From positions 1 through 5,624 of the IMG/VR virus record IMGVR_UViG_3300020030_000366: a stretch of 5,624 bases of DNA, one strand, 5' to 3'. Numbering within the stretch: the stretch's first letter is position 1; every line of letters begins with the position of its first letter. Shown piece after piece: positions 1 through 5,235 of this stretch. Under the pieces are notes generated by a model. That model was not told where the DNA came from, did no database searches, and saw only the letters and a list, made by a program, of their open reading frames with translations. Source of the stretch: a virus. The translations under genes and the position numbers were made by a program.

Positions 1-121
1 ATAGGTTTACGCGCATAGATAGGCTTCCTGGATTCTTCCAGCCATTGACGAAAGATTTCACCACGTTGAACAGGGGAACCTATCGCCGGCCAGGCTATGC
101 CAAGAACTTGCCGGAAGCGAG
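1..121. repeat. Left copy of the 121-bp terminal direct repeat (circular wrap-around)
   Basis: Compared base by base, 1-121 is identical to 5504-5624 (offset 5503). It lies inside the Rep reading frame. Confidence 0.97.
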
Positions 122-1088
122 CGGCTTCGAGCGCGTTCTGCTTATAACCAAAATACTTTGAATCAGGGAGAACGCTTATCCGGTCCATAATGGGAAGTTG
201 GGAACGTTCCAAAAGTTCACCGCGTTTTTGCCAATAGTCACGATAACGGATATACTGCGGATCGTTATTCCGCAACTCTCGGTACGCTTTACGCATAGCT
301 TTATTGTACATGTCGTACCGGTCAGTATAGCGATAATCATAACTAACGCTGAATCCTGGATAGCGGTCTTTCATAACCGCTTGCCAAACAGTACGAGGTA
401 TCGGATAGCGCCGACCCTCTATGATATAGTTCAAACCGTTGAACTTTTTCAACATGCCTTCTAAGCCAAGATTCTGGCTTGCGAGAGTGAACGTATCAAA
501 GCCACGTTCTTTTGCGCAATATTTAGTACAATACCGAACTATTTTCGCGTTGGCGTTTACGCTGTCTATCGTGCATATGCCATGACTCCAAAGTTTGTTC
601 AAAGTGTCCGACATGTAAATTTGATTATTACGCTTTGACTTTTTATAAGGAACCTTGTCTTTGAAAACATGGCCAAAAATAAGCACATGATAATGCGCGC
701 GATGGGTATGGCTACCGTATTCGGCGGTAGCCATATATTTAATAGGTTTATTCCCTTTACCGTAGTGATAATCCAAATAAGAACGATAACGTTTCATAAA
801 ATCTTGAACGTCTTTTTTGATAACAGGACGAAGAACAACAGGTTCTTCCATAGGATAACCATACCGATCACGAACAAGATTGCCTTGCTTATCGCGCAAA
901 AAATGATCATAAGTCAAAGTCAACATCATACAACTACCGGAGGTCATGCGCTCATAAAATGCGCGAACGACCCAGGAACGGGAACGCTTTTGGAGACATT
1001 CGGGGCAATAGCCACAATCAAAAGTTTTGACACCGGCTTTATATGCCTCACCTTGAAAATCTAAGTTATAATGCGGAAAAAAACACAT
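1..1088 (-). CDS. Rolling-circle replication initiator (Microviridae VP4 / phiX174 gpA-like HUH endonuclease), N-terminal 362 codons; continues across the junction into 5503..5236
   Basis: It is absent from the ORF track only because it runs off the left edge. I checked the minus frame triplet by triplet and found no stop from 1184 down to base 3. The first ATG is at 1088, and no ATG, GTG or TTG lies upstream in frame. The translation starts MCFFPHYNLDFQGEAYKAGVKTFDCGYCPECLQKRSRSWVVRAFYERMTSGSCMMLTLTYD. It carries a CxxCxxC cluster (996-1016), RCR motif 1 MLTLTY (909-926), motif 2 HYHVLIF (HYH at 687-695) and motif 3 YCTKY with two tyrosines (519-533). The RBS is weak (AGGA plus T8 before the ATG). 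Confidence 0.9.
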   Translation of the reverse strand, partial: MCFFPHYNLDFQGEAYKAGVKTFDCGYCPECLQKRSRSWVVRAFYERMTSGSCMMLTLTYDHFLRDKQGNLVRDRYGYPMEEPVVLRPVIKKDVQDFMKRYRSYLDYHYGKGNKPIKYMATAEYGSHTHRAHYHVLIFGHVFKDKVPYKKSKRNNQIYMSDTLNKLWSHGICTIDSVNANAKIVRYCTKYCAKERGFDTFTLASQNLGLEGMLKKFNGLNYIIEGRRYPIPRTVWQAVMKDRYPGFSVSYDYRYTDRYDMYNKAMRKAYRELRNNDPQYIRYRDYWQKRGELLERSQLPIMDRISVLPDSKYFGYKQNALEAARFRQVLGIAWPAIGSPVQRGEIFRQWLEESRKPIYARKP

Positions 1089-1147
1089 AAAAAAAATCCT
1101 ATACGTTTTATTTGTGGGGCTGTCTTCCTCGTAAAATGAGCAGCTAA

Positions 1148-1155
1148 TTATAGGC
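1148..1155. repeat. Third copy of the octamer TTATARGC that also forms the outer hairpin arms
   Basis: ttataggc at 1148-1155 is a direct repeat of ttataagc at 1171-1178 with one mismatch. It is the exact reverse complement of gcctataa at 1194-1201. Confidence 0.6.
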
Positions 1156-1170
1156 TTCGTCCAACTATGA

Positions 1171-1201
1171 TTATAAGCCGAGTGTTACGCTCGGCCTATA
1201 A
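1171..1201 (-). other. 12-bp-stem hairpin with a 7-nt loop in the VP1-Rep intergenic region
   Basis: Arms 1171-1182 (ttataagccgag) and 1190-1201 (ctcggcctataa) pair around loop 1183-1189. There are 11 Watson-Crick pairs and one mismatch, which is A.C on the window strand but G.T(U) on the coding strand. The hairpin starts 37 nt downstream of the VP1 stop and is not followed by a U-tract. Confidence 0.7.
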
Positions 1202-1237
1202 CCAATAAACTAACAGGGACAACAACGTATAAGCTGA

Positions 1238-3157
1238 TTAAAGAATATCCAAGCCAGGAACAGAGTATACGGGCATAGGCAATTCGTCTTCCAGAGTAAA
1301 TTTGAATTGGCCTTTGAATTGAGGAACGGTGGAAGAAGTTACAGCCAAAGTACGGTCAAGAACTTCCTGAGAATTAGATTGAATCCAAGTACCATCGGCA
1401 ATGGCTAAGTTCTCATCGAACACATCGGCATAATTCCAAACATCAAGACTTCCATTCACACCGGGGCGCATATAACCGGCGACGCGATCAGGATTATAAC
1501 GATAGTCGGCCCAGGCTTCCTGATAACCGAACACCTTTGGTTCATACTTACCGGGCAGAACCTTCTCTTCCGCAAAGCAATTAATCTCACGAGTATAAAC
1601 GGGCTGTTCCGAAATATTAGCCAGTTGGGGGAAATAGAAATCCAGCATAGAACGACGGAACATAGAACGAGGAATAAAAGCGGGATAAATATTCTTATGA
1701 CGAACACAAGCCAATATATGCAAAGTACCATGTTCAAGTACCGTATAATGAAAGAGGTCTCCACCGTTGGAAGTATAACCAAACGCGGCAAGGTTGCCTT
1801 GCGGGGTGTTGCCTTCCTGGGTTGCGGAAGTTTGGGCAGTTTGATAGAGGTCAAGACTCCGATGTATCTTGCCAAGACGGGTCGGGATGTCCTGATAAGG
1901 ATTATCCGCGGAAATACCAAAGAATCCGGAAACGAATTCAAGGTAACGAGAACCAGAACGGGCAAGCTGCTCATAAATTTGTTGAATCGCAGCGCCGTCT
2001 CTTAAATCAGACAAAGAAATACCAGAGGCCTGTGAAAGATCTGCATAAACATCTGTAGTAGAAGGATTTAAAGTACCAACAAACTCACCTTGAAAATCAA
2101 TAGATTCAACGGTACCAGCATTAGAACCGGAAGTACTTCCATATTGCACAGAAGAAAAATATGGAGGATCAGACGTTGCACTTCTATCCAAATTCAAAAA
2201 ATTATTACCAGATCCAGATACAGAACCACCAGTTTCAAATGAAACATTAGAACCCTTAGCAGCAGAAAAACGCAAATACGAACCAGCCAATGGTGCCTTA
2301 TCGCCAAGAGAAAATACAACAGAATCGCCCTTTTGAGGGGACGGAAGAACAGACGTAAAATAGTCATGAAGCTTATTCCCTTTCAAAGGCGGATCAAGAG
2401 CAGACCAACTCCCATCACGCCGTGGCGGAGCTATTGACATAGTAGCACCAGTAGAAGCACCTTCACCATAAATTGCTTTTACAACAGATCCGGCACCTTC
2501 GGCACCAGTAGCCAAAGAACCGTTACCAAACCCAAACGACGAAATCCCGGAAGAACCAGAAGGAAGCAAAAAATTATTACAAAGATTCAAGCGAGAAAAC
2601 GGAATCGGGGCTTGATAGTTTTCGTCGCGCCAATATTCATTATAAATAGCCAAATAACCACGAAAACGATTCTCGTTCATGGCATTCAACACAGCCGCAG
2701 GAATCGGGGCTTGCGTAGGTATCTCGTAATAATCCGCAACCGAACCAACAGGAATTTGCACAGTTGATAAAGAAGAAGTATAAGAAGCAAACAACGGCGC
2801 AAGGTCAACCTCCGGAGCAATCCAAGAGCCGGACGTATTCTCACCCATAACGTTAACCCAAGATTCGTTAATTATACGATTGGGAACAAAATAAGCTACT
2901 ATACAAACATCCATATTGCCCATAGTAGGAGTAAGTAACGTCGTTTGACGGATAACGAAATCTACCCGGGCTTTCAGGCTCTCTCCGGAAAGCATTTCTT
3001 TCGTAAAAATAGGGACAATGTCACCAGCATTGAACGTATTATAAACTGTCGGAGAACTTACAACAAAAGAATGTTCAACCTCACCAAGCGGAGCATCTGA
3101 AAACCTCGTATCAGAAGCCGAAACGTTTCCAGGTTTACGAGTATATAATTGTGCCAT
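1238..3157 (-). CDS. Major capsid protein (Microviridae VP1 / F-type jelly-roll capsid), 639 aa
   Basis: This is the largest ORF. I recognise blocks conserved in gokushovirus-type VP1: FNAGDIVPIF, AYFVPNRI, HDYFTSVLPSPQKG, LARSGSRYLEFVSGFFG, YQEAWADYRYNPDRV and PMPVYSVPG near the C-terminus. A GGAGG RBS sits at 3167-3171, 9 nt before the ATG. The start overlaps the upstream stop (TAATG). Confidence 0.95.
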   Translation of the reverse strand: MAQLYTRKPGNVSASDTRFSDAPLGEVEHSFVVSSPTVYNTFNAGDIVPIFTKEMLSGESLKARVDFVIRQTTLLTPTMGNMDVCIVAYFVPNRIINESWVNVMGENTSGSWIAPEVDLAPLFASYTSSLSTVQIPVGSVADYYEIPTQAPIPAAVLNAMNENRFRGYLAIYNEYWRDENYQAPIPFSRLNLCNNFLLPSGSSGISSFGFGNGSLATGAEGAGSVVKAIYGEGASTGATMSIAPPRRDGSWSALDPPLKGNKLHDYFTSVLPSPQKGDSVVFSLGDKAPLAGSYLRFSAAKGSNVSFETGGSVSGSGNNFLNLDRSATSDPPYFSSVQYGSTSGSNAGTVESIDFQGEFVGTLNPSTTDVYADLSQASGISLSDLRDGAAIQQIYEQLARSGSRYLEFVSGFFGISADNPYQDIPTRLGKIHRSLDLYQTAQTSATQEGNTPQGNLAAFGYTSNGGDLFHYTVLEHGTLHILACVRHKNIYPAFIPRSMFRRSMLDFYFPQLANISEQPVYTREINCFAEEKVLPGKYEPKVFGYQEAWADYRYNPDRVAGYMRPGVNGSLDVWNYADVFDENLAIADGTWIQSNSQEVLDRTLAVTSSTVPQFKGQFKFTLEDELPMPVYSVPGLDIL

Positions 3158-3615
3158 TACTTATTACCTCCTTTATCGGCGCTCTGGGTGCCGGCGCTCT
3201 GGGTGCCGGTGGCCTTATTCTGCATAAGTTTTTGTTTTAACTTAGCAACGGCTTCATTATACTGTTTAGTAAGACATTCTATCTCCATACTATCCATATC
3301 AGCCATGCGCTGAATATCACGAACGTCACCGAGACCGGGCGAAAGTTCACTAACCGGACGAATAAGAGAATTATCCTTTTTATAGTCCGTAGAAACAGCA
3401 AAAGAGGAAACATATTCGGGAGTAATAGGATATTCCTTCTTCTCGTATATCTCTTTTATGCCGTCGGACTGCATATGGCGAACAAGTTCGACATATTCGG
3501 CAGGTTGCCGACGAATAGGAGATTGCAAAGCATGGTCGACACACTCACGACGGAAACAATTCTGCCGGAGAATATGGCCGCCAATTTCACGGCAAATATT
3601 TTTTTCTTTACTCAC
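3157..3615 (-). CDS. Hypothetical protein, about 152 aa from GTG 3615 (the track extends it to TTG 3642, 161 aa); a candidate internal scaffolding protein by position only
   Basis: The ORF is open from 3642. GTG at 3615 is preceded by GAGAGGTGG with about 8 nt spacing, and it overlaps the stop of the small basic ORF. The N-terminus has a Cys/His cluster (NICREIGGHILRQNCFRRECVDH). The C-terminus has a predicted helical region (TKQYNEAVAKLKQKLMQ) and a GTQSA-GTQSA repeat. I recognise no family motif. Confidence 0.6.
   Translation of the reverse strand: MSKEKNICREIGGHILRQNCFRRECVDHALQSPIRRQPAEYVELVRHMQSDGIKEIYEKKEYPITPEYVSSFAVSTDYKKDNSLIRPVSELSPGLGDVRDIQRMADMDSMEIECLTKQYNEAVAKLKQKLMQNKATGTQSAGTQSADKGGNK
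3177..3209. repeat. 15-bp perfect tandem duplication (about 2.2 copies) inside the 3-prime end of the 3157..3615 CDS
   Basis: cggcgctctgggtgc occurs at 3177-3191 and 3192-3206, followed by a partial cgg. It is in frame and encodes GTQSA twice. Confidence 0.9.
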
Positions 3616-3706
3616 GGCGGCCACCTCTCGAACAATTAGCAACTACAAAATGCCCTTTGATACCATAACGGGCAAATCTACTTCCTGCATGCGCAACACG
3701 TCTCAT
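3608..3706 (-). CDS. Small arginine-rich protein, 32 aa (MRRVAHAGSRFARYGIKGHFVVANCSRGGRRE); candidate DNA-binding/packaging protein analogous to phiX174 J or gokushovirus ORF8
   Basis: It is missing from the ORF track, presumably because it is below the size cutoff. The ATG at 3706-3704 overlaps the upstream TGA (ATGA). A GGAGGTG RBS at 3715-3721 sits 8 nt upstream. The TAA at 3608-3610 overlaps the GTG start region of the next gene. The peptide has 7 Arg, 1 Lys and only 1 acidic residue. Confidence 0.55.
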   Translation of the reverse strand: MRRVAHAGSRFARYGIKGHFVVANCSRGGRRE

Positions 3707-3993
3707 TCGTGTTTCACCTCCTGAAAATTATTTTTGATAAATTCGACTCTACCGAACTCACTAACACAGTAAACAGCGACAACTTCACGAGAAATCCGGA
3801 GAACAGAAGGATTCTGCTTTTGAGCTTTCTCATATTGGCGGATTTGGTTCAACGAACCGGTAAAAAAAGTTACAAAGCTTTTCGGCTCTTCCTCAACGTT
3901 CTTTTGTTGAAGGAAGTAATAACGCATAGAGTAAACGACATTATCTTCCGAAAAGTCAAGCGGAGCGAACTCCGGTACTGTTTTAATCTCCAT
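3703..3993 (-). CDS. Hypothetical protein, 96 aa
   Basis: The ATG at 3993 is preceded by GAGGTGAAAC, and this RBS overlaps the VP2 stop. It is on the same strand and tightly packed between neighbouring genes. I recognise no motif. Confidence 0.6.
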   Translation of the reverse strand: MEIKTVPEFAPLDFSEDNVVYSMRYYFLQQKNVEEEPKSFVTFFTGSLNQIRQYEKAQKQNPSVLRISREVVAVYCVSEFGRVEFIKNNFQEVKHE

Positions 3994-4001
3994 GTTTCAC
4001 C

Positions 4002-4619
4002 TCACATTTTCTTAAAAGAAGAACTAATAGAATTACCAACAAAGCCAGCCGTAGCGGAAATAACAGAAGCAATAAGTTTTCCGAACTGACCAGCAGACGC
4101 GATTCCAGAACCAGCACGACCGCCACCAGAACGGGACGGGGACGACGAACCGGAATAACCAGAACTTGCAGCAGAGCCAGACGGGGTAGAGGCTCCGCCT
4201 TGCTGATACGCTAAAATAGGGTTTAAACCAGCGGCTTTCATATCAGCCATAGCTCTTTGATAAGCGGTATTGCTCATACGCTCTTCAAAGTCACGCTGTT
4301 TTTGAGCTTCCGCCGAATTAAAGTCACGACTTTTTTCTGCCTCAGAAGCAGTAAACGTATTTGCTAAGTCTTGTTGATACAAATCACGAACAAAAGCATT
4401 ATTCAGGGCTTGTTGTTCACGAATCCAATCTTCTTTTGCAACATCTCCGGCGTTAAACCAATCGGCACCAAAACCGCGATAAGTATCGCCAGCGGGAGAC
4501 GAGGAAAAGAGAGAAGAATAGCCTTGGCCAGCAGTCGGAGAAGAAACCGCGCCACTTGTTGCGTCAAACTTAGGGCCAGATATACCGAAGCCCGTAAGCG
4601 GGGGAGTAAGATTTGCCAT
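4002..4619 (-). CDS. Minor capsid / DNA pilot protein (Microviridae VP2-like), 205 aa
   Basis: The central block [42 protein letters not shown] (core at 4206-4289) matches the RDF..ERMSNTA.QR...D...AGLNP signature I recall for gokushovirus VP2. It is flanked by Gly/Ser-rich low-complexity arms. A GGAGGA RBS lies at 4631-4636, and the start overlaps the upstream stop (TAATG). Confidence 0.85.
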   Translation of the reverse strand: MANLTPPLTGFGISGPKFDATSGAVSSPTAGQGYSSLFSSSPAGDTYRGFGADWFNAGDVAKEDWIREQQALNNAFVRDLYQQDLANTFTASEAEKSRDFNSAEAQKQRDFEERMSNTAYQRAMADMKAAGLNPILAYQQGGASTPSGSAASSGYSGSSSPSRSGGGRAGSGIASAGQFGKLIASVISATAGFVGNSISSSFKKM

Positions 4620-4915
4620 TACTTTTTCAGTCCTCCATAGAATTGATTGTTCAACGTTTCAAGCAGTTCTTTCCAAGATACGCCGGAATCGTTGAGAGTT
4701 TGCGCAGCTTTGGAGAATTCGTCCAAGTACTGCGCGGAGTTTTTGTCCTCCGTCGGAATCTGTCTGGTAATGCTATCCGTCTTTTCACAAAGTGAAAGGA
4801 CTTCTTTTTTTGTCGTTCCCGAACGTTTCAGATTCAAGAAAGACAAAATACAAGTACAGACGGAACCGAGACAAGCAACAATCAGATAGACAAGCTCCGT
4901 AACATCAAAATCCAT
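4619..4915 (-). CDS. Small membrane protein, about 98 aa, with a single N-terminal transmembrane helix; lysis-protein candidate
   Basis: The track starts this ORF at GTG 4924, but that GTG is part of the RBS GGAGGTG (4922-4928). The likely start is ATG 4915, 6 nt downstream. The sequence [37 protein letters not shown] has an acidic N-terminus, a roughly 22-aa hydrophobic helix (about 4829-4894) and then a basic cluster. The C-terminal half is hydrophilic. Confidence 0.65.
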   Translation of the reverse strand: MDFDVTELVYLIVACLGSVCTCILSFLNLKRSGTTKKEVLSLCEKTDSITRQIPTEDKNSAQYLDEFSKAAQTLNDSGVSWKELLETLNNQFYGGLKK

Positions 4916-4930
4916 GTTTATCACCTCCTT

Positions 4931-5170
4931 TTATCTTAAAGACTTAAAACAATCTTTTATAAATTCACGACACTCTTTCAATGTTCCCTCAAAAACAATA
5001 CGCCAGCATGAAGACTCATCCGAAAGACAATGACAAAAGACCAAATAAGTACGAGAAGAACGACAAGGAGAAACACGAACATAATCGATATAATAAAACT
5101 TATCGCCACTTGCAAAGATCTCACCATTACCAACATAATACTCTTCGTTCAAAATTATCTTCATACGCAA
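4931..5170 (-). CDS. Hypothetical Cys-rich protein, 77-79 aa; first gene downstream of the promoter
   Basis: The start is ambiguous: TTG at 5170 lies 6 nt after AGGA, and ATG at 5164 lies 12 nt after it. The stop at 4931-4933 lies just upstream of the next RBS. The protein has six Cys in 79 aa. I recognise no motif. Confidence 0.55.
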   Translation of the reverse strand: MRMKIILNEEYYVGNGEIFASGDKFYYIDYVRVSPCRSSRTYLVFCHCLSDESSCWRIVFEGTLKECREFIKDCFKSLR

Positions 5171-5198
5171 AAAACATCCTTTTACTTATTGCAAAAAG

Positions 5199-5227
5199 AT
5201 TATAACACAAAAAAATAAAGTTGTCAA
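5199..5227 (-). promoter_or_regulatory. Sigma-70-type promoter with perfect consensus: -35 TTGACA (5227-5222), 17-nt spacer, extended -10 TGTTATAAT (-10 at 5204-5199)
   Basis: The minus strand reads AAAAGTTTTAAAAAATCTC-TTGACA-ACTTTATTTTTTTGTGT-TATAAT-CTTTTTGC. Both hexamers match the consensus 6/6, the spacer is optimal, and there is a TGn extension and an A/T-rich upstream tract. It lies in the only sizeable gap other than the VP1-Rep spacer and is oriented toward all downstream genes. Confidence 0.75.
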
Positions 5228-5235
5228 GAGATTTT

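Noticed and set aside
1-121. The 121-bp terminal direct repeats as LTRs, attL/attR or a transposon target duplication
   Set aside because: The repeat lies inside a coding frame that is only completed by circular joining. No integrase, transposase or host flank is present. A wrap-around of a circular contig explains it fully.
198-1064. Plus-strand ORFs 198..464 (88 aa) and 669..1064 (131 aa)
   Set aside because: Both lie entirely antisense to the Rep CDS, which has clear RCR motifs. 669..1064 is in codon phase with it. One uses a TTG start, neither has an RBS, and both translations are low-complexity (runs of I/F/T/H). They are shadow ORFs.
1147-1175. Two TATAAT hexamers (1147-1152 and 1170-1175, minus strand) as a dedicated Rep promoter
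   Set aside because: Neither has a credible -35 at 16-18 nt. The sequence 17 nt upstream of the second hexamer is simply the first TATAAT, and both hexamers are part of the TTATARGC repeat and hairpin. A weak -10-only promoter remains possible but is unsupported.
1171-1201. The hairpin as a canonical Rho-independent terminator
   Set aside because: On the coding strand the stem is followed by TCATAGTTGG rather than a U-tract, and half the stem is A/T-rich. It is kept as a structural or regulatory candidate instead.
1625-2058. Plus-strand ORFs 1625..2005 and 1822..2058
   Set aside because: They are antisense to the conserved core of VP1, have no RBS and show no recognisable motifs. They are shadow ORFs.
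4916-4924. GTG 4924 and TTG 3642 as true starts, as given in the ORF track
   Set aside because: GTG 4924 lies inside the RBS GGAGGTG that serves ATG 4915. TTG 3642 lacks a well-spaced RBS, whereas GTG 3615 has GAGAGGTGG about 8 nt upstream. The track simply reports the most upstream alternative start.
3458-5218. Plus-strand ORFs 3458..3724, 3709..4089, 4371..4640, 4613..4795, 4647..4889, 4981..5205 and 5030..5218
   Set aside because: All are antisense to minus-strand genes that have strong RBSs and tight coupling. No plus-strand promoter or RBS is seen. Their compositions are biased (R/S/K-rich or N/T/K-rich), as expected for reverse-frame translation.
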